Source of the DNA: Escherichia phage mEp554
Direction: 5' to 3' (one strand)
Sequence record: PP180005
Length of the DNA: 53,846 nucleotides
Shown here: piece by piece, positions 1-8,601 of the stretch
Layout: each line of letters opens with the position of its first letter
Position numbering within the stretch: position 1 is the stretch's first letter
Notes under the pieces: generated by a model
Database searches by the model: none
The model's input: only the letters and a program-made list of their open reading frames with translations
Told to the model about the DNA's origin: nothing
Position numbers and translations under genes: made by a program

Positions 1-13
1 AGACAGTAACGAT

Positions 14-141
14 TAGTGGTGTTCAATCCCGTTCAGACTCGTTCACGGCTGATAAAAAATATCATTTAAATTCACTAGGTTACATCTAAATCATCCTGTA
101 GTGTGTTTAAATCCGTTCAATGGTGTTAATATCCGTTCAGA
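14..141. repeat. Cluster of short direct repeats upstream of int (possible integrase arm-type sites, or flanking host DNA)
   Basis: GTTCA at 21-25, 31-35 and 41-45 (10-bp phasing). CCGTTCA at 29-35, 113-119 and 133-139. About 22-bp imperfect repeat at 16-37 vs 120-141 (GTGGTGTTCAATCCCGTTCAGA / ATGGTGTTAATATCCGTTCAGA). Confidence 0.4.
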
Positions 142-147
142 TAAAAC

Positions 148-169
148 TGTGTACCAAATCGTGACCAAA
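148..169. repeat. Left copy of terminal 22-bp direct repeat TGTGTACCAAATCGTGACCAAA (candidate att core or arm site)
   Basis: 21/22 identical to 53753-53774. Lies 16 nt upstream of the int start codon. Confidence 0.5.
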
Positions 170-185
170 AAAAAGAGGTATCAGA

Positions 186-1400
186 ATGCTGACGGATACG
201 AAATTACGCGCAATAGCAAACAAGCCATATGACGGCCCGAACGAGATAGCAGATCGCGACGGCTTATCTGCCAGGGTAAGCCCGAAAGGAAAAATAACTT
301 TCCAGTTCCGGTACAGGTTCAACGGTAAGCCAGTGAGGATGAAGATCGGCGATTACGGCAGTATGACATTGAAAGATGCACGCTACGCAGTGGCAGAATA
401 CAAAGAGCTATTAGCGAAGGGGAAGAACCCAACTGTTTCAGTAAAACAAGCGCTAAATATTGAGCGTGGCAAATTAACAATAAGCGCCATTGTGAATGAC
501 TATTTATCCCTGCCGAACGTTATTAAGCTGGTTGCATATAATGACGTCAGGAGCGCGCTTAAGCGCCATGTTGTCGATAAATTCGGTAATTATATTGCCG
601 ATGATGTCAGCACGAAGCAATGGATGGACATATTCGGCGAGATCACTGCGGCGGGACACGCTGTTACGGCTGGCCTGATACTTAAGCGAATGAAGATTGT
701 TGTGAACAGCGCTATCCGGCGCGGGCTAATGACCAGTACAGCGATAAACAATATCAGGGTTATTGATGTAGGCGAAAATTATGCGGTTGGCGAGCGTTAT
801 TTATCATGCGATGAAATAGGTCATTTCTGGCGAACGGTGGATGATTCACAGATCTACCGTCAGAACAAGATAGCATTAAAGCTATTATTGCTCACCGGGT
901 GCAGGGTGGGAGAATTGCAGAAAATGCGGAGGGAACACCTCGACCTGGATAACGGTGTGTGGACCGTTCCGGCAGCGGTGGCAAAAACAAGGAGCGAAAT
1001 CAGGCGGGGATTGTCTGATCTGTCAATAGAAATGCTCAGGGAGGTATTAACCTCCCATGAGTATGATTATGTGTTCCCGCCAGTGATTAACGGCGGCAAC
1101 AGGCCAGTAAACGCATCAGTGATAAAAGTGGCTGCAATCTTCGTGCGTAAAAGGATGGGAGGTAAATCATGGTCCTGTCACGACCTCCGAAGGACGTGCC
1201 GGACGCACCTTTCTGCTATAGGTGTTCCGGTACATATCGCGGAAAAGGTATTAGGCCATTCACTCAGGGGAATACTGGCAGTGTATGACAAATATGATTA
1301 TATTGATGAACAAAAGGAGGCGTTAAATAAATTTGCTGATTACGTCTTATCCCTGGCTGGCGTTAATCCGATCTTATCAAAGAACCGCATCACATCTTGA
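186..1400 (+). CDS. int: Tyrosine integrase, P4-like family
   Basis: 404 aa. N-terminus is typical of P4-type integrases (LTDTKLRA...GLSARVSPKGKITFQFRYRF). C-terminal catalytic signature HDLRRT...LGH...Y. SD AAGAGG upstream. Confidence 0.9.
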   Translation: MLTDTKLRAIANKPYDGPNEIADRDGLSARVSPKGKITFQFRYRFNGKPVRMKIGDYGSMTLKDARYAVAEYKELLAKGKNPTVSVKQALNIERGKLTISAIVNDYLSLPNVIKLVAYNDVRSALKRHVVDKFGNYIADDVSTKQWMDIFGEITAAGHAVTAGLILKRMKIVVNSAIRRGLMTSTAINNIRVIDVGENYAVGERYLSCDEIGHFWRTVDDSQIYRQNKIALKLLLLTGCRVGELQKMRREHLDLDNGVWTVPAAVAKTRSEIRRGLSDLSIEMLREVLTSHEYDYVFPPVINGGNRPVNASVIKVAAIFVRKRMGGKSWSCHDLRRTCRTHLSAIGVPVHIAEKVLGHSLRGILAVYDKYDYIDEQKEALNKFADYVLSLAGVNPILSKNRITS

Positions 1401-1570
1401 TAGCGGTACATGACGCCCCTCCCGGTCCCCAACACATCAACCGGGTCCGGGAATGGAGTTCCGTTTTCCTCCCACTTTTTACGCCATGAATAGAACGTTC
1501 CCCTGCTAATCCCACCAAGCATACGGCAGATGGCAGGGCGACTAAGAAGAATTGTTGCCGTTTTATCCAT
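1340..1570 (-). CDS. AlpA/excisionase-like HTH protein
   Basis: 76 aa. HTH segment ICRMLGGISRGTFYSW resembles the AlpA/Xis (MerR-like) family. Start is coupled to the upstream stop (TAATG). The 3-prime end overlaps the int 3-prime end convergently. Confidence 0.65.
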   Translation of the reverse strand: MDKTATILLSRPAICRMLGGISRGTFYSWRKKWEENGTPFPDPVDVLGTGRGVMYRYQDVMRFFDKIGLTPARDKT

Positions 1571-2232
1571 TATCTTTTCCCCGTGTATTCAACGTGTCCG
1601 ATACATCCATCAATAATAGCTTGCGCCATATTGCGATAATCACGCGTAAATTCACTGTCACGGCTAAAGTCGATCTCGCTTGCCGCGTCATTACCCATAA
1701 CCTTAGTGGCAAGTGCGAACGCTATTCCAGCGAGCGCCTTTTCTTTAGGATCTACATACAGCCTGAAAAAGTATGATGCAAATGATAATGGCTTCTCTTC
1801 GCAATCATCTTCCTTGCTTTCACATATACCCCATTTGTCACCAACATATTTAAATTTAACGACATCGAGAACCCTTCCGCTCGTAAGACCTACACAATCA
1901 AGCCACACACCAACCGGAGGTTTTTCGCCTGCCAACCATTCAGTTTTTTCTTGTTGAGCATCACAATCATGTCGCTCATCTTCGATTAATTCATCAATGA
2001 TTTCACTTTCTTTATTCATACCGTCATCATCCTTATTCGATAAATTAGCGTATTCATCAAATTTCCAGCTTGCAGCCATAACCGAATAAGTGCCGCCAGT
2101 GTCAGCGCGAACACCTAATAAATAGTATGATCCAAAATTATATTCTGTGCGGCATGTTGTTACCTCAAACGATGGGTAACACTCAGGGTTAGTTCGATGG
2201 CTAATCACGCCAATTGCTTTGAGTTTATTCAT
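1570..2232 (-). CDS. Hypothetical protein, acidic central region (220 aa)
   Basis: ORF track. SD GAGGA upstream (rc of tcctc at 2240-2244). No family recognised. Confidence 0.6.
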   Translation of the reverse strand: MNKLKAIGVISHRTNPECYPSFEVTTCRTEYNFGSYYLLGVRADTGGTYSVMAASWKFDEYANLSNKDDDGMNKESEIIDELIEDERHDCDAQQEKTEWLAGEKPPVGVWLDCVGLTSGRVLDVVKFKYVGDKWGICESKEDDCEEKPLSFASYFFRLYVDPKEKALAGIAFALATKVMGNDAASEIDFSRDSEFTRDYRNMAQAIIDGCIGHVEYTGKR

Positions 2233-2246
2233 TTGCTTATCCTCAA

Positions 2247-2423
2247 TTACGCCACAGTTACATTGTCAACTTTGATAAAATATTCAGGGTGGTTTTCTAT
2301 TTCGTGCTTAAAGTGCGCATGACACAATCGCCAATCACGCGCCTGATTGTGAAAATAGTAAACGTATTCGCCATCAATCTTGTATAAAATGCCCGTAGGT
2401 TTAGCCATGTAGTAACGAACCAT
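2247..2423 (-). CDS. Hypothetical small protein (58 aa from the coupled start; ORF extends to 2477)
   Basis: ATG at 2423 overlaps the NinB stop (TAATG) and is preceded by GGGG. Confidence 0.5.
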   Translation of the reverse strand: MVRYYMAKPTGILYKIDGEYVYYFHNQARDWRLCHAHFKHEIENHPEYFIKVDNVTVA

Positions 2424-2854
2424 TATTGCCCCCAGCGTTTTATAAATTCCTCGTTTAACTTCGTATCGCCAGACCACTGAACACCGTGTTCAGCGCCGAA
2501 CGAGTAGATCAGTTCGATTAATTCGCTAAATTCTGCTTTACTCATCCGGCTGGTTGACGTACCAAGCACAACAAAACCTGATTTATCAAGGTTAGGGACA
2601 ACGCCATATTTCTTAAGCCCGGCAGTAAATACCGCTTTCCAGTCTTCAGGGGACAGCTTTTTGCCGTACCAATTAACCTGATCGCTAACGTCTGTCAGCA
2701 GCGCCCAAAGCAACGCGTTTTGACTCAGCGACCGGGTTTTCTCCTGGATGGTAATTACCAGCGGGCTTTTGCTATCTGGCTGGATCTCTCTTATCTGCCT
2801 GACAGCATTTTCTTTCACGGCGTCGTTTACTATCTCAAATCTAATTTGCCTCAT
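2423..2854 (-). CDS. ninB: NinB/Orf-family recombination mediator
   Basis: 143 aa. Collinear with my recollection of lambda NinB (VITIQEKTRSLSQNALLWALLTDVS...VVPNL...GFVVLGTSTSRM...F..L.ELI..FG...GV.WS). Confidence 0.85.
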   Translation of the reverse strand: MRQIRFEIVNDAVKENAVRQIREIQPDSKSPLVITIQEKTRSLSQNALLWALLTDVSDQVNWYGKKLSPEDWKAVFTAGLKKYGVVPNLDKSGFVVLGTSTSRMSKAEFSELIELIYSFGAEHGVQWSGDTKLNEEFIKRWGQ

Positions 2855-3048
2855 GATACACCGTTACTATTTTTCCACTGCGCCCGCGCATACATGATCG
2901 CCCGCAAAGAAATTAGGCGCGAGCTTGTCATAAAAGCGCTTTTTAAGTACCTCATATCAACAACAACAGGCTTATCAGGATCGTCGCTGCGCATGTATTC
3001 CGCAATCGTGCTCAAGTCTTCAACTGTCAATTCCAATTCCCTGTTCAT
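2851..3048 (-). CDS. Hypothetical protein (65 aa from ATG 3048; ORF open to 3126)
   Basis: SD AAGGTGG 5 nt upstream of ATG 3048. Stop overlaps the ninB start. Confidence 0.5.
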   Translation of the reverse strand: MNRELELTVEDLSTIAEYMRSDDPDKPVVVDMRYLKSAFMTSSRLISLRAIMYARAQWKNSNGVS

Positions 3049-3058
3049 GATCGCCACC

Positions 3059-3265
3059 TTACACAATCCGCATTGTGTTTCGTAATTCACCGCGCAACGC
3101 CTGTAAAGCGTAACGAATCGACACAAAAGCCCGGTTAAATTTTACGTGCCTGTATTTGCGCATTAGTGGCGGCGTATAAACCATCGCGCCGCAAGGATCG
3201 CATGGGAATTTAAAGTGAGATTCGTCAATAAACGTTTCAACTGAATAAAAAATTACCCGTCTCAT
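3059..3265 (-). CDS. Hypothetical protein (68 aa)
   Basis: Start overlaps the upstream stop (ATGA at 3262-3265), suggesting translational coupling. Confidence 0.5.
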   Translation of the reverse strand: MRRVIFYSVETFIDESHFKFPCDPCGAMVYTPPLMRKYRHVKFNRAFVSIRYALQALRGELRNTMRIV

Positions 3266-3819
3266 AATTCCAACCCCGTTTCGCCGTTAAGTTTTTCGAT
3301 CTCAAATATTGGTTTATCCGGTAGCAGGCCGTTATTTTTCCGGTATTCGTTCAGGCGTCTGTCAAAGTCAAAAGCCAAATCATTAGCGTGACCGAAGCGC
3401 CCAGGTTTAAACAATGAGTAAAAATTTACCCCGTGTCGGTTAGGGTCAACGCAAAGCGTTTCATCAATAACCATTAAACGCAGAGTACGAGATAGATAAT
3501 TCCACGGAATACCCGTTTCCGCGCTAATGTCGCGCATACGCTTTTTAACGCTGTAGTCACCAAATAACGCAGCGACGCGCTCGCGACGTTCAGCATATAA
3601 CTGTTTAATACGATAACCAAGCAGTCGGCGGCGGCGTCCAAAACATGTATACACGCGCTCGACGATGCCGTTTTTTATTAAGTGTTTAATTGTCTCAGGC
3701 ATGATTCCATCCTTATCATACCCGACCAATAATCCTGTTTTCTGGCGTAACTGGTGCATTGTTGCGATGCCATCAAGTTCAAGGATATTGATAATTTTTG
3801 TTTCAATTTCAGCGCTCAT
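3262..3819 (-). CDS. Hypothetical protein with probable N-terminal winged-helix (185 aa)
   Basis: ORF track. Lies downstream of the DnaB-like gene in the same operon. No confident family assignment. Confidence 0.6.
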   Translation of the reverse strand: MSAEIETKIINILELDGIATMHQLRQKTGLLVGYDKDGIMPETIKHLIKNGIVERVYTCFGRRRRLLGYRIKQLYAERRERVAALFGDYSVKKRMRDISAETGIPWNYLSRTLRLMVIDETLCVDPNRHGVNFYSLFKPGRFGHANDLAFDFDRRLNEYRKNNGLLPDKPIFEIEKLNGETGLEL

Positions 3820-3895
3820 TTTTAGCCTCGTTTAAAACGCGATAACAGCCACCAGAAAGCGGTAAACTTTCCGGCAAGCTGTTTGCTAATATTGA

Positions 3896-5311
3896 TTAAA
3901 AAGATGCGTTATTCTGATTGTTTCGTTGGTTAAAACGGCTTGTGCGATGATTCATTGACTGAATGCACGCTGCGGCTGCGCGCGCCTGGTCGCATGGCAA
4001 GATATTACCGTTGTCATCAAACCGCTGGTAAACAGTTCCAGACTTACCATGACGGTTTTTTGACACAATAATTTCCATATATTCGCGGGCAACAGACTGT
4101 TCATCGTAATATCCATCTCGGTAAACCATGATTATCCTGTCGGCATCTTGCTCAAGGTTGCCCGAATCACGAAGATCAGAATTGTTAGGTCGCTTGTTCG
4201 GTCGTTCCTCAACACGGCGGGACAATTGCGCCAGCGCCAACACTGGTACACGCAATTCTTTAGCCATCATCTTTAACGACCACGACAATTGCCCTACGGC
4301 GAGATCATGACGTTCGGCCTTAGCCAGCTTCATTAACCCGATATAGTCAATCATTACCATACCCAGGTTCGGGTGATCCTGCTTCATCCGTTCCGTTGTT
4401 GCGCGTATTTCCTCAACCGTTAACTGCGACGCGTCAACGATCCACACATCAAGATTAGCAAGTGCGCTCATACCCTGGCCGACATGCGCCCACCCCTCAT
4501 CATCAAGTTTTACAGGATTGCGCAGGCAGTCGGTTGATAAATTACCAGCGCCCGCGATAGCGCGCTCAGTCATCTGATCGAGTGACATTTCAAGCGTGAA
4601 GAACAAAACGCCAACCCGCTGATCCTTGCTGCCAGGGTAAGGTCGCTCAGCGGCAGCGCGGGCAATTGTCAGCGCCAACGCAGATTTACCAGACCCAGGG
4701 CGTCCGGCGAGAAGTACCAAATCAGTAGCGTTAATGCCGCCCAACATTTCGTCGAGTGGTTCTATACCTGTTTTGATGTTGTCAGAGTTGACACCGCATT
4801 CCATGCGCTTGCTTAAAACGTCAGTATATTCCTGTACCGCATCGCGCAACAGAACAGGAATGATCTTGTCTTTCGTTACCTTTAATTTTGAATACCGGGA
4901 ATCAAAATCTTTCATCGTCTCTTTGACGACCTCAAGCGTCCCAGTCTCCAGTTTGTAGCGCATATCGTCGATTAGTTCCAACATCTGCCGCCGCTGGTGC
5001 TCTTCACGTAGTAACTGTGCGTATCCCTTCAGGTTGGCAGCAGACGGGCACGAACGCGCCGTTTGCATTAGCGGTACGAAATTTTCATTACCAATCTCAT
5101 CACCGACCAGCAACGCATCTATGAGATTTCTGTTTCTGGCTTGTGCCCGGATAACTTCAAACGCACGTTTATAGAGCGGGATCGTGAACACTTCAGGATC
5201 AAGTGTGGCGAGAACATCTTGCGCGTTAGGAGTTAGGCCACCTAACAGCAGCCCGCCGATAACTGACGCCTCACGTTCCTGCCGTAGTGAGTTTATTTGC
5301 TCAGTTACCAT
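3896..5311 (-). CDS. dnaB: Replicative DNA helicase, DnaB family
   Basis: 471 aa. Walker A GRPGSGKSALAL, DnaB-type C-terminal motifs (MIDYIGLM, LAQLSR, RDSG..EQDAD) and an N-terminal DnaB-like domain. Confidence 0.9.
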   Translation of the reverse strand: MVTEQINSLRQEREASVIGGLLLGGLTPNAQDVLATLDPEVFTIPLYKRAFEVIRAQARNRNLIDALLVGDEIGNENFVPLMQTARSCPSAANLKGYAQLLREEHQRRQMLELIDDMRYKLETGTLEVVKETMKDFDSRYSKLKVTKDKIIPVLLRDAVQEYTDVLSKRMECGVNSDNIKTGIEPLDEMLGGINATDLVLLAGRPGSGKSALALTIARAAAERPYPGSKDQRVGVLFFTLEMSLDQMTERAIAGAGNLSTDCLRNPVKLDDEGWAHVGQGMSALANLDVWIVDASQLTVEEIRATTERMKQDHPNLGMVMIDYIGLMKLAKAERHDLAVGQLSWSLKMMAKELRVPVLALAQLSRRVEERPNKRPNNSDLRDSGNLEQDADRIIMVYRDGYYDEQSVAREYMEIIVSKNRHGKSGTVYQRFDDNGNILPCDQARAAAACIQSMNHRTSRFNQRNNQNNASF

Positions 5312-5329
5312 TATGTTATTTCCTCCGGT

Positions 5330-6448
5330 TTACAAAATGGAAAATTCAGGGTAATAAACAAAGCGCCCGATCTCACCATGATCCGGGCTGTAAATTATTA
5401 CCGCCGCCAGGCGACGCGACCGCCAGCCGCCATTAGTTGAATAGGCATCTTTACCAGCTAACGTGCCGTGATACTCAACAACGCCCAACGATGATTCAAT
5501 CATCCGTTGATGATGCCAGTGCCCGCAGTGGGCGTAAACCGCCGCAGACTTGCCGAAATCCTCGCGCCAGTCAGCTACGCAAGCAGCCAATAAGTTTTCC
5601 GGCTTTTTGATAGTGTGCCCGTGGTGGTAAGCAAGGAATGTTTTCCCGTACTGCGTGTGGTGGACGATAGTAGGTGACACATCAACCGTCACGCGCGGTT
5701 CATCTTCGTAAAAAGCCGCCAGCGCCGCACGTAGCCAAATCATACCAGACTGGTCATGATTCCCTGATAACACCTGGATTTCCACATCCTTATGATTTAG
5801 CAACATCTTTCCTACAGCCCGCCGGACAGACCGGATCGCCACATAAACAAGTTTTGCGTAGCGCGAATCGCAATCAAGAACGTGATTGCTTGATGGCGTC
5901 ACTGGTAACAATCCGTCAGTGTGAAGCAGGTCGCCCCCGAGAAGAAGAACCGCTTTTTCACTCATAGGGGCAGCGCCAACTGCGTAGTCAAAGAAGTCAT
6001 TTAACACGCGTTCAGCGATCCCAGTGTCGTAGCTCTCGCCGCATTCAGCTTTATGAGCAAGCGCCCCGATGTGCAGGTCAAACACCGGATAAAGTGCCAG
6101 GCTTTTTTGAAAATCAATTTCAGGCACTGGCACGGCCTCCGCGCGTGGTATTTCTTCCGTGAATGCGTCGCGGGCCGCTTCCATTAACTGTTCCATTTCG
6201 TCGCGGTCACGGGCTGTTTTAATCCAGCGCATGATCACATTGCCATCCTTATCGACTAGCAACGACTCGCCATTAACACCAAAACCAGGAGCGCGGCGCG
6301 TTGATAATAAACCGCGTTTTGCCAGTTTTGCTCCCAGGCGTTCGACATTGCGTTTAGACATGCCGTACTTTTCAGCGATCTGTTTGTACGTTAATCCGTT
6401 GTTATATTCAGCGATCAATTGCTCATCACTGATTTTTCTTTGCGACAT
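5330..6448 (-). CDS. HTH domain fused to a calcineurin-like metallophosphoesterase
   Basis: Start at ATG 6448 (SD GGAGGG). N-terminal HTH (LTYKQIAEKYGMSKRNVERL). Phosphoesterase motifs DLHIG, GGDLLHTDG, SGNHDQ, HHGH, GHWHH. Confidence 0.7.
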   Translation of the reverse strand: MSQRKISDEQLIAEYNNGLTYKQIAEKYGMSKRNVERLGAKLAKRGLLSTRRAPGFGVNGESLLVDKDGNVIMRWIKTARDRDEMEQLMEAARDAFTEEIPRAEAVPVPEIDFQKSLALYPVFDLHIGALAHKAECGESYDTGIAERVLNDFFDYAVGAAPMSEKAVLLLGGDLLHTDGLLPVTPSSNHVLDCDSRYAKLVYVAIRSVRRAVGKMLLNHKDVEIQVLSGNHDQSGMIWLRAALAAFYEDEPRVTVDVSPTIVHHTQYGKTFLAYHHGHTIKKPENLLAACVADWREDFGKSAAVYAHCGHWHHQRMIESSLGVVEYHGTLAGKDAYSTNGGWRSRRLAAVIIYSPDHGEIGRFVYYPEFSIL

Positions 6449-6481
6449 AATGTTAATCCCTCCAGTTAACAAAATGTATAC

Positions 6482-7225
6482 CTATTTGCACGCAAAAAGT
6501 TCAGACACCCAAAGTTGACCCTTAGCAGTAAATAGTGATTGTACATAACCAGCATCCGAACATTTTACCACTCCATAGCCTTTGTCTAAAAACCACTGTT
6601 TGAACATGCGCCCGCCGCGCCTAATTCGCGTATCGTACACGTCAACCTGTTCAAGTTTTTTGTTGAGTTGCGTAGCAGTCATACCCAAAGGCTTGGCAAC
6701 CTGTGTAGCGTTGCGATACTGTTTGTTTCTCACAATCGCATCACAGACAGCCGCTTTTGGCGCTAATTCCTTGTTTTCCAGCTCCAGCCGTTCAGCTTCT
6801 TTCTGTGCTAATAGTTTTTGTTCCACCTCATCAGCCCATGCGCGAGCCGCAGCAACCGGGTCAGTGAAATCCGGCAAAGCTGGTTTAAAACCGTAATGTC
6901 CATTTTCACGCAAAGCAGGGAGAACATCCTCGCACACCCAATCCTGGAAGCGCTCAGCCGATTCTATTTTTGATCGCATCACAAGGCGGTAAACATCTGA
7001 TTCATGGATTAGCGTTACGCCTTGCGGGATTGGAGCGAATCCCAAATGTTCCATTTCAGAACATTTTATTTTTATCAATGACTTACAGTGATCTTTGATA
7101 GCTTTTTGTGGCGTAGCGTAACCAAGCGCCCGCGCCACATCCATTGCAACAAAAGCAGGTTTACCATCATAAATTACAGCAGTGATTTTATTGTCATCAA
7201 AATTAAAGCACATCAACTCAGACAT
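6482..7225 (-). CDS. Antirepressor-like protein, Bro-N plus KilAC-type domains
   Basis: Start at ATG 7225 (SD GGAG). Bro-N signature (FVAMDVARALGY...HCKS...SDVYRLVMRSK...AERFQDWVCEDVLPALRENG). C-terminal half is KilAC-like. Confidence 0.75.
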   Translation of the reverse strand: MSELMCFNFDDNKITAVIYDGKPAFVAMDVARALGYATPQKAIKDHCKSLIKIKCSEMEHLGFAPIPQGVTLIHESDVYRLVMRSKIESAERFQDWVCEDVLPALRENGHYGFKPALPDFTDPVAAARAWADEVEQKLLAQKEAERLELENKELAPKAAVCDAIVRNKQYRNATQVAKPLGMTATQLNKKLEQVDVYDTRIRRGGRMFKQWFLDKGYGVVKCSDAGYVQSLFTAKGQLWVSELFACK

Positions 7226-7357
7226 TGTAATTTCTCCGTAAAACGCGCTACAACGCAAAAATCCCACCGCGTAACCCGATTGCACAGGTTGCAGTGTTTT
7301 ATTGCGTCAGAGGCGCTTTCAGATGGCTAATTTTTGATTTACAGACTGATATGAATG

Positions 7358-7459
7358 TTATGGATTGACTAGAAGGAACAAACCGCCGAACAAAGCGACG
7401 TTAACAGCGATTGCAGCAGCGATGGCAAAAGCCAGGGCGAAAACGTGTTTACCGTCCAT
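7358..7459 (-). CDS. 33-aa hydrophobic single-TM micro-ORF (MDGKHVFALAFAIAAAIAVNVALFGGLFLLVNP)
   Basis: Below the ORF-track cutoff. SD GAGAGGA 8 nt upstream. Same strand as flanking genes. Confidence 0.45.
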   Translation of the reverse strand: MDGKHVFALAFAIAAAIAVNVALFGGLFLLVNP

Positions 7460-7593
7460 TTTCAAAATCCTCTCTAAAACGCTCTATAACGAGCTAAATA
7501 GCTAAAGGTATGCAAGTGTAGCACCAAATGCTTTTTAGCTCGCTGGTGAGCTTGTTTGGTTGGTTATTTTTGATTTTTGCGGATCGTGGTTGG

Positions 7594-8595
7594 TCAAAGA
7601 GCGCCTGCGCGTGTATCACGTAGCGTTTTTGGTTTAAGCAGGAAATCAAGTGTCGCAGTGAAGCCATCGCCGAAGTAAAAATCTGAAGCATTGTTTTTGA
7701 ACGTTTCAAAGTAGGCGACAAAGCCGTTAATGCTTTTGTCTTTCAGGTAGTCAGTGAACGCGTAGATCTTGCGTTCAAGATCCCGATCCAGTTCGGCAGG
7801 TGGCAACAGGCCATCAAACGTGCTGTTAAATGCCTCCACTACGTCTGCAGCGTTTGCAGTGGCTGACAGGTTGCGCCATTTTTCAGCATCAGCCAGATAC
7901 CCATCAAATTTAGTTACCCGGCAAATGTTAATAGGCTTAGGTGTTCCGCCACGACTACGCCATTGCGTTAAAGCCCACTCAATCACTAATGTGATCTCAT
8001 CCTCTGTGTACGCTTTACGTGTTTTTGTTTCTGTCAGTAGTTCTATGAATGGCTTTGCATCACGACATTTGCATCCTGCCTTGTCGTTATAGAAGGCCAG
8101 GCAACGCAATGCCGCTTCGTTTACTCCATCCTGATTGACCTGTTTTTCTTCTGGGGGGATACAAGGGGGTATATCTTTAATGTTCTCTTTACTGGTTATA
8201 TATGACTGATTAGGGTGTCTCTCTGACACTACCCCCGGTGTCACTGTGACACTACCCCGGTGTCTCTCTGACACTACCCCCGGTGTCTCTCTGACACTAC
8301 CCAGCAATGATGGTAGGACTATCACATAGAAGTTACTCGTTTGCTCCTTTCCTCCGATTAAGTATCTTGGTTGTTTAATCAATAGACCTTTCTCACAAAG
8401 GGCGTCGACGGCCCTCATTGCCGTACTCTTACTGATCTCGCATTCCTTTGCTATGTGATGATAAGAAGGGTAACACTCGCCGTTATCATTAGCGTTATCA
8501 GCTAACTTCAACAGCACTAGTTTGTGCATTGGGTTGCCGACCTCAGTATGGAAGACTTCTACCATTAGCCGCATACTCATAAGCATTAACCTCAT
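7594..8595 (-). CDS. Replication initiator (N-terminal wHTH, internal iteron-encoded linker, conserved phage C-terminal domain)
   Basis: 333-aa ORF; exact start uncertain (several ATGs at 8565-8595). wHTH KLVLLKLADNANDNGECYPSYHHIAKECEISKSTAMRAVDALCEKGLL. Four iterons lie inside the gene, as in lambda O. Confidence 0.7.
   Translation of the reverse strand: MRLMLMSMRLMVEVFHTEVGNPMHKLVLLKLADNANDNGECYPSYHHIAKECEISKSTAMRAVDALCEKGLLIKQPRYLIGGKEQTSNFYVIVLPSLLGSVRETPGVVSERHRGSVTVTPGVVSERHPNQSYITSKENIKDIPPCIPPEEKQVNQDGVNEAALRCLAFYNDKAGCKCRDAKPFIELLTETKTRKAYTEDEITLVIEWALTQWRSRGGTPKPINICRVTKFDGYLADAEKWRNLSATANAADVVEAFNSTFDGLLPPAELDRDLERKIYAFTDYLKDKSINGFVAYFETFKNNASDFYFGDGFTATLDFLLKPKTLRDTRAGAL
8214..8302. 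repeat. Four contiguous 22-23-bp iterons (GGTGTCTCTCTGACACTACCCCC): candidate origin of replication
   Basis: Copies at 8214-8236, 8237-8258, 8259-8281 and 8282-8302. Each contains the dyad GTGTC-N5-GACAC. An AT-richer stretch lies adjacent (8174-8213). The repeat encodes the peptide TPGVVSERH. Confidence 0.7.
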
Positions 8596-8601
8596 GACGG
8601 A

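Noticed and set aside
1-185. tRNA or tmRNA gene fragment as the integration target
   Set aside because: I could not fold either flank (1-147 or 53775-53846) into a tRNA-like acceptor/T-arm. No CCA-proximal conserved T-loop (GTTCGAATC-type) is present, although GTTCA repeats occur.
7360-7372. 13-mer ATGGATTGACTAG shared with the early promoter region (9921-9933)
   Set aside because: Dozens of 13-mer coincidences are expected between two positions in a 54-kb window on both strands. No -10 follows the 7360 copy.
8214-8302. Iterons or J repeats as a CRISPR array
   Set aside because: The repeats are contiguous without spacers (iterons) or lie in-frame in protein-coding sequence (J). No cas genes are present.
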